Positions 49,209 through 63,258 of a stretch of 64,000 nt of DNA are shown in pieces. Positions within the stretch are counted from its first letter, which is position 1, and every line of letters starts with the position of its first letter. Position numbers and translations under genes: made by a program. The notes below the pieces were generated by a model that saw only the letters and a program-made list of their open reading frames with translations, was not told the origin of the DNA and ran no database searches. This stretch comes from Mytilus edulis (Eukaryota): NCBI RefSeq assembly GCF_963676685.1, contig NC_092345.1, positions 30,070,001 through 30,134,000 on the forward strand. Direction: 5' to 3'.

Positions 49209-52200
49209 TCAACCAATCTTAGTTGTTCTCTTATTTCTTAAATTATTGCGTACAATCAATACTACTCCAAGGCCGACGGCAATTAGTGCCACGCCAAATG
49301 TCAAAAGATACCCATAACGAGTGCAATGTAAACCTTTGCAAAACGTTGAAGCACTTGAACTAACTTCAAGATCATATATTTCACCGAAAATCAAATGAAG
49401 AATAATTATAAGAACAGCTCGAAGTAGCATTACCAACCCCCAGTTGCGCATTAAATTATCAATGTGAAACACTTCACTCATAGCTGTAGGTCCAATGGTA
49501 TACACTATACCAGTTCCAACAGCAGCTAGCACTACCGCAGTGATGACAACGCCCTTTCCTGACGATAAGAAAGCATTTAACAACGAACTGATGGCTAAAC
49601 ATACTACTCCCGCGATTAAAAATGATGTCCTCGTTAAAATATGCTTCAATTTATCGGATGCTGAACTGAATACCAATGCGGCAATAATCACTATCGGTGG
49701 ATACATAATCGTGATGATAGTATCTATAGAGGTCAGATCAAGTTCTTTTGTTAAAACTGTCATATTGTTGCTTAGCAACAGCGACACAGCAAATGCCGAT
49801 GAACACATCCATGCAAGCAATTGATAGTCAACAGTGCAGAGAAGTTCCGAAAAGGATTTTTCTGATAATGCGTTATCAGTGTCCATTGCTTCATATTTGA
49901 AATTAGAAGACTGTGGTTCTTCATTATCAACAGTAAGTTCTCCTATATTGGATGATGCATTTCTGAGGAATATCATACAAAATATATATACTGCAGCATT
50001 GAAAGATACCACAACAATCAAAAGTCCTTCGAATCGTGCGTCTGCTGGAAAAGCCTTGTAATATATAACAGTGAAGCTGATCATGCCAATATCAATAAAA
50101 ATAAACATCATCGCCATTATTCGACCCCTTTTGTCTTCTGCAAAATGCGTTGCGTTAAATCTTAATGCCATAATGTAAGCTACAGAACCTCCAAGACCTT
50201 AAAAATAAAAAAAATATCATTTAAAAGCTTTAGTTTGACCATTTCCTTCGTTATAGATATACTAGGTAAAGTTCTTACAAAATAGTTCTAAAACACCTGC
50301 ATGTGTTTGCACCTTTCCTAAGTCAGTAACCTGTTTTTCAGTGGTTGTCGTTTGTGATTAGCCCGTTGGTTTTCCTGTTTGAACTATTTTACACGAGTCA
50401 TTTTGAGACCCTTAAATATCTTGCCGTTCGGTGTGGACCAAGGCGCCGTGTTGAAGGCCGTCCTTTGACTTACAATTGCTTACTTTTTACACATTGTGAC
50501 TTGAATGGAGAGTTGTCTCATTGGCACTCATATCACAACTTCTTATTTCTACTTAAATACGAAATAATAAAATGGATAAAAATAAATGATTAATGAATAC
50601 TCTCCAAAACAGTTTTGTAGTTGTAGTCGTTGAAATTGTCTTTACTGTTACAGGTTCCCTTTGATCATATCTCTAACGGTTCCTATCTTTACATCTCTTA
50701 AAGTATTTAGGTTTGAGCGTTTCTGATGACGGTAAATGCAGAGAAACACTTTATAATAGAACGTTATTAGGTTGTCGCAATATACAGGACAATATTTAAA
50801 GGATGTTATTGATTCAAGAGTCAATGCATTGTTCTATAACAATAGGACTATTCAGGAAAGAAGTTTATATGTAACTTACCGCTAATAAGAAAATAGAAAG
50901 CCATTAGCCAGCTCTTTCCCTCATAGAATGCCACCATCCTTGTAGAGCTCCACAATAAAAGTAAACCAGTAGTACTCAACAGTAAACCAATAACTAATAT
51001 CCATGTAGATTTCAGTTTGCTACCAATCAAATTAGGTAAAAACCCAAGGCCAATTCCGGCATTCAACATGGACGCAAACAATTCCACTGAAATGTAATAT
51101 ACTTAGACTTTAATCCCAGCTTGTGCAAATACTTTGTACATGTATATATCTAAACCTGTATTTTTGTTTCTAATTTTAATTGACATAACTCATGTCGACA
51201 CTCTTCCCTTGCTGATAAAATTATAAGCCTTTAATATAAACTTCATAAAAATTCTTGTGTGTGAGATGACGCCCGCTATATCGATGCCCCCCCCCCCCCC
51301 CCTTCCGAACGCCATTGCTCGGGGACATTCAAATTATTCATTAATTTCAATATAACGTTTGTTCTGTGAAATAAAATGGGCCACTAAAGTCTAGAAAATT
51401 AAAGTATGGTGTCACCTTAACGTCATAAATATATGTTGAAATTGCGTTTATATATTAAATAGGCCGCTTTATCCATACCTTTTTGTTAAAATAAGAATGA
51501 TCGAACGAATTACTCAATATTTTGTCCAAATTAGAATGGTTGTACAAGGCAGTCTTTCAGTCTTTAGCGTAATAAATTTTCAAAATATGCATACAACATG
51601 TACAAAAGTATACAAGTACTTTAACCTATAATGGTTTACTTTTATAAATTGTGACTTGGATGGAGGGTTGTCTCATTAGCACTCATACCTCATCTTCTTA
51701 TATCTAAGTTATAATAGTACCTTCTTTCTGGTTATAGTGAAACTTGGCTTTGATATCATTGATGTAGACATAGAATATCAGATTGGATGCCAACATAGCA
51801 TGAGCAAATCCTCCGGCAAGTAGAGACATCCATCGGAGACAATAGTTCTTTTTTGAAGTCGACAGCAGTTTATCTGTTTCATTCCCCTACAAAGAAAATG
51901 CCATATTATACGCATAGATGTAATACCTATGTTATACTTTACCGTCACATGACCAGTAATTGAAGTTCCTTATTCGAAGTTTGATTCTGCTCGCGATTTT
52001 CCAAAATTTGATTGTTTTTTAATTCTACATAAAATTGTGTTTTGAAATCATTGCATAGTCTTTGTGTGAGGTATAAGGCGTCTGTACATATTTAATTATT
52101 ATATGCGCAACTGTACTGTCATGACAAATATAATTCGAATGATGTCCGATTGTAATGGGGATGTGGTAAAATTCAGTTTACATGAGATAAATATCCAAAA

Positions 52201-55200
52201 GTGTTAAAATAACGTGCATGTAAGAAACCATAAGTCACTGTAAACCTTCAGCAATACGTAAAACCGATACCATATAATCACCTAAAAACGACATCGACAT
52301 GACAAAATATGAAACAATGTAAACGAGAAAACTAACGGTACTTATTTATAATTATCGATAAACGAAAAACAAAATATGATAGACAGCTACCAACGATAGT
52401 CCATGAAATACAGGCTTGTGACTTGGGATATATTTATTGAATATATAAAAAAGAAGATGTGGTTTGATTGCCAATGAGACAACTATCCACAAAAAAACCA
52501 AAATGACGCAGACATTAACAACTATAGGTCACCGTACGGCCTTTAACAATGAGCAAAACCCATACCGCATAGTCAGCTATAATAGGCCCCGATAAGACAA
52601 TGTAAACAATTCAAACGAGAAAACTAACGGCCTTATTTGTGTAAAAAAATGAAGCACACTTATTTTCTCGTTAAGATGGGCAACTAAAACTAACTATTCT
52701 GATAATTTAAAAAAAAATGTTTTTGCAGACTTATATAAATAAAGTAGAAGTCAAAAGAAAATTGGACAAACACATCTGATTAATAAAGATATAAATTTAA
52801 ATAAATGAAGATTTCGGAAATACGGACACTTTCGTGGTAATGACCTGTCCGATGAACGAGAAAATCACGCGGATAAATGACCGATTGTTTAAATAAAAAC
52901 ATACCCATTAACATTTTGTTTATGGTGGGTGGATACCTTCCTGTATTAATCTAATGAGAAATTCATCATAAAGACACAACAAGAAATGCATTTGACATAA
53001 AAATGTTTATTGTACCAACATAGTAATTTGTAGAATATCGATTATTTCCTTATTTATAGTACCCTTGCTGCAATATGAAAAGACTTACTGGTTCCTTTAG
53101 AAAACGCAGACAATTTTTGAAATTCCACATTCTTAATATATATCAAACAGGAAAAATCCTTTTAAATTACTACTATATAGTCATGATAGTACACTGTGGT
53201 TCCAAATTTAATATTTTCACACAAATGTGTGTAATAATTTGTAGTTAACTGTTTTGGAATTTTTCTGTAAATACGGAAGCATGGTAACCACCTTTAAAAT
53301 AGATATCTAAAGTATCCAAACACAAATAGGCGTAGAAAGTTATTGCTTACTCTAAATGAAAAAAGAAGAAAAACAAGAACATGACATATTGATCGTAATC
53401 ACATTATGCAGTTGCAACATATTTCATGTATTTAGATAAACGATTTTAACAGGTGTCGGTGGTACTTTCACCTTTATCATTTTGTACACAAAGATCAGGT
53501 CATAGGTTTTCTCGCTGGAACTGTTTTACATTCGGCAATTTGGGGCCTTTTATAACTTACAGTGTGGTGTTTTTGAAGGCCGTAATGTACCTATATACTT
53601 GTTGTTAAATTCTACGTCATTTTGGTCCTTGATTGTGAGTTTGGCAATCATAGCACATCTTCTTAGTTTTATACAGACGTCATATATTGTGTGGAGTCCG
53701 CAATATGTACGTTACATGATGGTGACGGTGATTTGTAGTTTTGTGCCTGTCACTAGATGGAAATATGTGGTACTAGTATTTATGAAGATCAAACAAGCCA
53801 CCGTTCAACTTTCGTGTGTGTGTGGTGTGGGGGGAGAGATATGTATAGGCCGTTGAAAATGATCACTTTTCTAGCTCCATGATATATAAGTTCTGTCGAG
53901 AAATTGAGATGAAAAAGCTAAGGTGCGCCTACTTTATTTTTATGTTTTTCCTACTTATCTTATTGAATATTTCAACTTTTAAAAAGTTTGCAACTTCCAA
54001 ATCAGATACTAGACTAGTAATACATAAGGTATAAAAGGACGGTTGAATATCTTCAGCAAATACTAGAAATTGGACATGCATTTAAATGTAATATAATTAA
54101 ACAAGTGTTAGCTTTTTATATCAATTATCAATGTCAAGTAAAGACAATTCTTCTTCGACTGATGGACTCGGTGAATATCATATTTCTGGAATCAATAAAC
54201 CATTGTTGCAAACTCATAAAAAGTCAATAATAATTATTTAAGGTGGCTGATTGAATCATAAATATCCGAAAATAATCAGAAGTCGATTATTTAACAAATG
54301 TTAATGCACCAACTATTTGTCAAATTTATTTATTTCTCCGTGAAAACGCTTTTTTAAAAGCATTTAAGCTTTAGATATATTGTTTGTAAAAAAAAACATA
54401 TGCAAGGTGTCTTTGACATTCAAAATATGTGAAAAGGGTGGGTCCTCAATACAACAGCTGCTCATTTCTACCACAGTAAGGCTAAAGTGTTAAGGGTATA
54501 TAAAAAATAAATGCGAACGACAGGTTTAACTAGTTTTTAATCACGGTGTAGGAGCAGTAGGGCTCCCCTTTTAATTTTTCAATACTTGGTCAGCTTAATA
54601 CAATTTGTAGCGGAGTTTAAACTTTGATTGTGCTTACATGTTACGATATGTTAATACTTAACACCTGGATTCAGCATGACTTTTCTTAAAGCCAGTTTTC
54701 ATTTTTTTTTTAAATTAATAATCTGGTTTCAGATTGAATTAGAGACTGGATTGGTTCGACCAGATTTTCAACTCTGATATAAAAATAAGGCGATATGCAG
54801 GTATGATCGCCAATTAAGAAAATTATACAAGAGTTAAAATGAAGAGGGTGTTATCAATTATAGGCAACCGTACAGCATCAACAATGAGAAAAAATAATGA
54901 TGTCTTAGTAAAATTTAATTAGCTCGATAGACTTTGAAGTGTTCGTTTATCAATACGACGGATTGTGTATGTATATGTCCTTGATTGCATAAAACAGAAT
55001 GTCTTCTCATGTTTTTTAAGTGAAACTTCCTTTTACAAAACTACATCATGTGTACATTGACCTACATGTAATGTGTGATCATATGTAGATATTTTAATAA
55101 GTTTAATATATCTAATATTGAATTAATAAGGTACATGTATATCGTAGAGTCAGTGAAATTATTAAAACAAAAACAAAAAAAACTGAAAGCGTACTCGTAC

Positions 55201-57657
55201 AGTATAAAGGCAATAGAACTCTTGCACAATACACATAAGTTACTGTTATGCTAATAGTATACTATATATCTGATAGTATGTTGTATATTAAATATACTTT
55301 CAAGCATTATTTTTTTTTTATTATTTCCTGTTGATAAAGAAACAATTTGTTCACAGCCACAATACATGTACTGTGTAACAGAAAATAGTTTTTGCTTATT
55401 TTTCTTCAACTGAACATGGAGACAGATTTATTTAATCCTTAGTTACGTGTTCAAGTTCTTGATCCAACTTGACATTACGACTTTATTTTGTATAAGATGT
55501 TGTTATTTTCATGGTTTGATAAATACTATTTTCAATAACACATGATTTAACATGAACATGAAATAAAACGATGGGCGTTTTTATACAGTGTTAATCGATT
55601 TGTGCTTTTTTTTTCTTTTTTTTTTTTTGCTTTACAAAACTCAGGAAAAGGTTACTTTTCCTGTGGTTACTTTTCCTGCGATGAATTTGGAAACAAATTC
55701 GTGACGACATAGTTTTGTGTGCAAACATTAGCTTATTCCTATATCAATCTTTTTTTCATTACAAAATTCAGAATCTTTTACTCCTTTTTGTCTTGTTGAA
55801 ACGGGTTGACTTTATCTGTTTATTCTTAGTGATAAGTTAAATCAGTTATTTATATTTTTCTTTTTCTTTTTCAAAAAAATGTTTATTTGGTTAGTAAAAT
55901 AAAAATAAGCTAAAACTTTGAGGTAGAAATTATGAATTTGTGTAAATATGCTCTCATAAATCTCAATAGAATGATACTTGTATAACTTTTATAGTGACAC
56001 GTGTTTTGTAGGCGTATGTATGGCGCGGAATCAGGGTCAAAAATACTTCTTTGTGTATATACATAATTCGATTTACGTATATACAAAAATAATTACGTAT
56101 ATACGTTAATCCAATTATGTATATACAGAAATAATTTCGTATACACAGAAATAATTCCGTATACACAGAAATAGAATTACGTATATACAAAATTAATTCC
56201 GTATACACAGAAATCAAATAACGTATATACAGAAATAGAATAACGTATATACAGAAATAATTCCGTATATACAGAAATATTCATGTAAAGACAGAAAGAT
56301 CGTATTTCTGTATATACGGAATTCGATTTACGTATATACGTAAATCGAATTCTGTATATACAGAAATAATTCTGTATATACGTTAATAGAATTCTGTATA
56401 TACGTAAATCGATTTCTGTGTATACGTAAATTGAATTTCGTATATACGTAAATCGAATTTCGTATATACATAATTATTTCTGTATATACATAATTATTTA
56501 CGTATATACATAATTATTTCTGTATATACGGAAATCGATTTATGTATATACAGAATTCGATTTACGTATATACGTTATTAGTTCTGTATATACAGAATTC
56601 GATTAACGTATATACGGAATTCGATTTACGTATATACATAAATCGAATTCCGTATATGCATAAATAATTATGTCTATACGTAAATAAGTATTTTTGACCC
56701 TGATTCCGCGCCATACGTATGACACTTGTGTTCTTATGTTATACTCATATATTCTATAATCATGTATCTTATAAACACTAAACTGAATCTGATTCTAAAT
56801 CGACTTAGAATAATACTTAAAATAAAACAGCTGTACCAATCGACAAAACATGTACATGTAAAAAAAAAGATCAAACTAAAATTTCGCCAAAAAACTGATT
56901 TGTAAAAAAGCAAATTTAAACAAATATAATATATAATATTAAAAAGGTCTGCATTTATCAATTCTTAATCATTTGAACCCATTTTCGATTACTAACATAC
57001 ATGGGAACCAAAAACTAAAACTAAAATAAAAATGCTTTTCAATTTTTACGCACAAGTTATTAACAAAAAAAAGTAAAGGACAAAACAGGATAATGTCTTG
57101 CCCTTGGCTCTGAAATATATATCTTTAAATGTATAGGGTCAGGCATGGTCATTCTATTTTATCCTTTACTATATATTCATTCAAAAGACGCATACCAAAC
57201 TTATCCCTTTATTCATAAAAATAATTTATAGAATGAACTATGTTTGTCTGATACAACATCATTCTTGACAATTGCATCTTTTAAAGATGATACGTCATAC
57301 ATAAAGATCGTCCTGAACATGCATGAAATATTTGCCACTGTACGTTAATTAATCATCAATCAATCACACAAGAATTCATAAAATAAGACCATGAAGACCG
57401 TTTGTGTTTTAAATATATTTTGAATTTGTTTTCATTGAACACATAAACAAATTCCCACATGTGTGCTTACATAACTGTAAAAGTGTTCTTACATAACTGA
57501 ATAAATGTTAAGAGAAGGCGAACAGATAACCGCAAGTGTGTCTATAATATATTACTGCATGAATAAGTGTTGAGAAAAGACAATAATTTAAATAGGTTGA
57601 GAAGAAAAAGCCTACCTGAACCGGTTCGGGGGAATTCTCTTTCCATATATCATCCAT
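49209..57657 (-). CDS. Major facilitator superfamily transporter (Nodulin-like/MCH1-type), 4 coding exons, ~467 aa
   Basis: Exons 57616-57657 (MDDIWKENSPEPVQ, least certain), 51721-51886, 50880-51086 and 49209-50197, phases consistent (1404 nt). Many hydrophobic helices; SSASDKL, SEVF..NWG and FGEIYD..C.G..C motifs. Confidence 0.85.
56019..56715. mobile_element. Foldback-like element: 30-bp TIRs enclosing inverted arrays of a ~20-bp repeat
   Basis: tatggcgcggaatcagggtcaaaaatactt / aagtatttttgaccctgattccgcgccata; flanking duplication cgtatg; internal 'cgtatatacagaaat' repeats flip orientation near 56300. Confidence 0.88.
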
Positions 57658-58181
57658 CTTTATTGTTGTTAGATTTTCACTTGCTAGTCCATCTGTCACG
57701 TTTTGTTTCTACATAAAATCGATTTCCGTCTACATATATTTAGAATAATTTATTAAATTACGGCACACGGTTCATTTACGATGGATATTCTCGGGATATT
57801 TAAATACAACACGTCAAGTTCAACTAAAGACCACAAACCGCTGCAAATGAAATAAAGTTATAAATTAAGAGTTCTACATCCATTCTTGCACTTAACGTTT
57901 TGAAAGAAAATATTAGATCATTTTGATATATAACAAATTATATTAACACTGAAAAAGATATACACTTACATCCTTTTTCTTTATATATTTTATTAAATGT
58001 GAGCAAATCGACGATTTGATGTTTTTTTTTAACAACGTGAAAGAAGTATAGTTTTTTTATATGAATAATGAGTTTTGAAAAAGGCCAATAAAAATCATCT
58101 AAAAACATGAATATGTTATTTTTTTACTTGAATGCGTAAGATTTAGAACAAAAGAAAAAACACGTGTGCATAAAATAATTA

Positions 58182-58462
58182 TAGATTATCGGTGATCATC
58201 TCAACGAGATTGATTTTCTCGCTTGAGCCGGGACGGCGAAAGCGAGAAAGGCAATCGAGTTGAGATGAACAATGGTAATCTTTTTATCGCTATTTTACCT
58301 ATGACGACGTTGTCAATTTCATGTCAATTTCATGTCAATTTCGTTAGCAACGCCACGTGTAGCTTAGTTTCTAGCGATAATTTTCCATCTCAAGCGAGTA
58401 GCATGATATGAAAATTATCACAAAAAAAGATCAAAGGAAAAATGCACAAAATAGCGATAAAA
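58182..58462. mobile_element. Double-hairpin non-autonomous element (second family)
   Basis: Hairpin 58182-58281, followed by the IR pair ttttatcgctatttt / aaaatagcgataaaa. Confidence 0.7.
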
Positions 58463-59274
58463 TACATTATCTCATAAAAATCTTCAAAAGGAATTGTTTA
58501 TTATTATCTGCATGCAGGTGCCATGCCACGACATTCTCGTTAGAAATCGCCAATCGCAAACCACAAGTGAACATTTTGATGAAAGACAAAGAAAATTGAT
58601 GTAACATGATAAACAAATAAAAACGTATGGAAAGTATAAAAAATAAATATATATAATATAACTGAAGGTCAATGTCAGACAAATTTAAACTTGTTTGTGT
58701 GAGGCTGGAAAACTGGTGAAAGGCGAGGTTTTATCGACGCCTTCCCCAGTTTTGTGTCAATACAAAAAACTTTATATTTCATGACATTGTCCTAGCATTG
58801 TTTTCATAGTGCAACTTGAATTACTACATTGAAAGCTATTTAAGTTGTAACCCAAATTTCAAACTCACTTCACCCTTAATAAACCTCTGATTCCATGATG
58901 AAATTGACATCGCTCTATCGTATTGACAATATTCTATCGAGTACGTGCTCCATGAAGGTCACGATCGGAAACTTTCTGCAATTGAACCAAAAATTAATTA
59001 GCCGCCTATTTTTCAATCAACAATCACCGGAAAAAAATGTTTTTGTTTTCTTTACAAGTCAAGGAGAAGAGGAAAGAAGCCTAATTGAGAGTTTTTGTCA
59101 AGGAATTTAATGTTTTTAAGATTTAATTAGTCGAAATAAAGCTACTGGTGATAATAAGAAGATGTGGTATGATTGCCAATGAGACAACTTTCCAGCAGAG
59201 ACCAAAAGACGCTTAAAGTTAGCAACTATAAATCAGTTACAACTGAATTGGGACTTGGGATGACAGAACGGGAC

Positions 59275-59490
59275 GGATGCGTTTTTTTTATTAGTTACAT
59301 GTATTGGCTTTGAACAAGCTTTGGAATATACCAAAATCAGAGTTTTGTATCTTAATTAGACCGCACACAAGTCACAAAAACAACTAACACAAAAGATTTA
59401 TAGACACAAAATACAAATCTGGTAGAACTCGCAGCTATACAGAAAGCTTGTTCAAAGCCAATACATGTAACTAATAAAAAAAATGCATCC
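59275..59490. mobile_element. MITE-like inverted repeat with ~48-bp arms
   Basis: ggatgcgttttttttattagttacatgtattggctttgaacaagcttt / aaagcttgttcaaagccaatacatgtaactaataaaaaaaatgcatcc. Confidence 0.8.
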
Positions 59491-60131
59491 AAGACTAAGA
59501 TATCAATCAGGGTTGCGTTCAATATCGTAGTAGCTACATAGGGCTACGTAGATGTTTGTCTGCTGAACGAGTAGCTAGCCTAGCCGCTATCTATATCTAT
59601 TTAGCAGCTAGGCTATCTTTTGGTAGTTCGGGATGTTTTTCGCTTTTTTCCAATGTTTCGCGGATAAGGTGTGATAACCTAATATATGATAGAAATTCAG
59701 CAAACACGAGACTATTCTGGTGACCTTTTCCTATTCATAAATGTTGTCAGAATGCGAAAATGTCTGGTCAAACCACCAGTCTAATGTCAAACAGGCAATA
59801 ACATGGTCAAAACCAATTTTTTTTCTCTGTAGCCCCGATTTTATAGGTGTCCGAGCAGTTCTAATACAATCGCCTTTTGTAGTATAATTGCTTATAAGAA
59901 GCTTTATTCTGATTGTCTGACTGTAGGGAAGGCTTTTTGTGCCAAGTTTAAGAGGGAAGGGGGGGGGGTGATATTGATGTTTGTTTGAGAGCTTGTAATA
60001 CAGATGTGTCGATATGATTCCATCCTTTATACTTGTAATAATAAATGTGAATACTTTGTTGAAACTGCGATTTTATTCTAATAGAGAAAACTACTTCTGT
60101 AGATATAATAAAATTAAAATCGAATAATGTC

Positions 60132-61042
60132 TCAAAGAACAGTACATGTTTCACTGATAGTCCTTGTGTTTCCATATTTTTTACTAAAGTTATTTTTTTC
60201 TTCACTCGTTTCTGCATCATCAACTAGAATTGTAACATCTTGGCCAGAAGCGTGACTTTTTGTAAGCTCTTCTTCTTCTATCACCTCGATCTCAGCTCCA
60301 TTCTTTCCAATAACTGGAAGGGAACAGTACGTATCAGCTGGTTCTTCCATAAAATCATCGTGTCGACCAATCAGAAAGTACGTATTTAACAGACCTTTAC
60401 CTTTCACCTCTATCCTTCCGCGATCTCTGAATATGTAGTCCTCATTTATAAGCAAACTGTAATGAGTAATTCAAGGCAACTGTACATTGTACATACGCAT
60501 TTGTTTTTATAAATTTCGAGCAGATTTTAGTTTAATGTCTTACTCAGATATTGTTGATAAGAAGTCCGGTTACCTTTATGTTATTACATCTAGTCTTTTG
60601 GACTATATATATATATATATATATATGTGGTGTATAGCTGTCTCATTCGCAATCATACCGCATCTACTAAATATTTGCGATGATTATTTTCTTATGAAAA
60701 TCTCAAAAGATTGTCTTAATACTTTGTCAGGCATTCTATTTTATACCAGTATGAGCATAAACAATGAACAAACACCTTATCGTATTGTACATGAAAGCTA
60801 TAAAAGATCCTGACGCAATGTGAAATAATACGACAGAAAAGATATAAAAAAAAGCCTGTATGATGACACACTGAATAAGCTACCCACCTGTAAGCTAGAG
60901 GACTGACATGTATACGACCAGGAACTCCGTGGCTTTCCATCCTTGATGCAGTGTTAACAGTATCTCCAAACAAACAATATCTAGGCATCTTAACACCAAC
61001 CACACCAGCCACAACTGGACCGCTATGAAACCCTACTCTTAT
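60132..61042 (-). CDS. Guanylate cyclase, last two coding exons (catalytic C-terminus, probably soluble type); gene continues upstream
   Basis: Exons 60888-61042 ([39 protein letters not shown]) and 60132-60456 ([20 protein letters not shown]). Confidence 0.92.
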
Positions 61043-62323
61043 CTGAAATATAATGAAAGAGATGAGATGGAATCAGCACTAACATGATGCTAGATATATC
61101 TGTTAAATTAGATTGACATTGTCTCAGCCAAATTGTTAACATAATTTGAAATACCTTTATATTAATTTAGAGTTTGGGATGCTAAGATTAAAATAAAATG
61201 TTTTTAAAGATGTTCAAATACGTGGAGAACAATATAATTATAAAAAGAAGTATTGTAGTGTATCACCAGCATGTATAAAAGAGATCTTATGCTTATTTGT
61301 CTGTTAAACAAAGCGAGACGCAACGCTGATTAGTTATATTGCAACAGTGTACAGTAAACTGTTAACACAAATAAAGAATCATTTTCATAACAGCGTGGAC
61401 AACCGCAATACTTATGTTGATACTAATACAGAATCATTCACATTTAACTTGTTTGTTATCGGCTATCGATAACAGCGATTTTACACTTACTCATTCTGGT
61501 AGAGGCCTTCCAATAGGAATTAAAGAGAATAAAAGAGTAAAGTACACGCAGAAGCTTGAGAAGAAAAAAAGAAAGTTTAAGTAATCAACCTTTTAATAAA
61601 CACATAAGGTGCTAGTTATTTGTATTGTTTGATTTAGGCCTTTAGAACCATTGGCGACCCCACAGGGTAAATGTCTATGACATGTTCGATATGACAAGTG
61701 GTCGTTACAGACGAAGGTTCACCTAATCTGACCCAATCAATTGATAAGAATCGGCCTTGTCCACGCTCTTATGAAAATGATTCTATGTCTCGTCTTAAAG
61801 TTATTTTGATAGTAAAATGCAAACGTTGCAATTAAAATAGCAATACTTTAACATGCAAAATTTTCAAAATATTCAATCAATTAACCATTGCTAAAGCTAC
61901 AAGGCAAAAGGTCCGTGTAACACTTATCAATTCAAAGTTTTAAAACGTTTTGAAATTTTAGATTTTTGGAATTTTGATCAAAGTTTTAAAATATCAAAAT
62001 TTCAAATTGCGTAAAAGTTTTGAAATTTAGAAAGTTTAACCAAATAATTAAAATATCAAAATTCTAAATATCGTTTTTAAATTTGATAGTTTAAAAATTT
62101 GATCAAACTTTTAAAATACTAAACCTAACGTGCAATTTTGATTATTTCACTTTTTGAAAGTTTGATATTTTAAATTTTTGATTAAAATATCAAAAATAGA
62201 AAAGGGGCGAAAAGAGGGAAACATATACACACGGCACCTATTTAAACCGGCATCAAAAAGGCCAGAGGCTCCTGAATTGGGACAGATGCAGGCCCACAAA
62301 TGCACATGTTTCGTGAGATCACT

Positions 62324-62355
<32 letters not shown>

Positions 62356-63258
62356 TTCTACCTCTAGAAAATGTAGAATGAACTAACATTCACACAGTTA
62401 ATTAAACACACTTTAAAAGAAATCCAAGTCCTATGTCAGAATAGGAAACATAAGAAAGTAATCAAAATGACAATGTTAATAAATTAACAAAGGACTGCCA
62501 TATATATACATGTATAAAGCCAGCTCCAGACCTCAATTAAACTAATTGAAAGATAATGTCTTCATCAAATGAATAACAAACACAAATCCTCCCTGGTGTA
62601 TTTATTGCTATCATTCATGAAATATTTGTCACTGACAACCAAAAATCGATAATTCAAAATAGGTTCTTTACATACAAATTTCAAAGAAACTCAGGATTCA
62701 GCTGGCTCGGGCAAAGTAGCCCTTATAGATGTATTTTGGTATGTTTAATAGATAAAGAAAGATGTGGTATGCGTGCCAATGAGACACTCGACATCCAAAT
62801 AACAATTTATATAAGTAAACCATTATAGGTTAAGGTAAGGCCTTCAACACGGAGCGTTGGCTCACACCGAACAGCAAGCTATAAAGTGCCCCAAAAATTA
62901 CTAGTGTTAATCATTCAAACGGGAAAACCAACGGTCTTATCTATATCAAAACGAGAAACACGTATGAACTACATCAACAGAAGACAACCATTGTACATCA
63001 GATTAACTTCATTTTAGCGAAACACCTCTTCAATTGATTCGGTTCTTATATATACCTCACTTTCAAATATTCAGTTTTCAGTGTTCTGAAGGTGAATGCT
63101 TTACTTGAAATTCAGCATTTTACAATGTACTGGTTTTTCGAGAGCAACATTGGTGTATGGCCAAAAATGGAAAAATCCATCATGCAGCTGGCAGCGTGGC
63201 ACTCTCTTTACACGTCCCATTCTGATTGGACGTACCTGTGTTCTTTTACTTTGATTAA

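Noticed and set aside
51887-51904. ATG at 51904 as the MFS start codon
   Set aside because: In-frame TAG after five codons; the sequence is a polypyrimidine-AG acceptor, so the start lies in an upstream exon.
7732-61042. FMO, DBH, MFS and cyclase as an amine-metabolism gene cluster
   Set aside because: Mixed orientations, long repeat-filled spacers and no evidence of co-regulation; adjacency alone is not support.
62324-62354. Long poly-C run (also 51287-51302) as a functional G-quadruplex
   Set aside because: Expansion of a short C-rich spot present in another copy of the same repeat (~22815); homopolymer length is unreliable.
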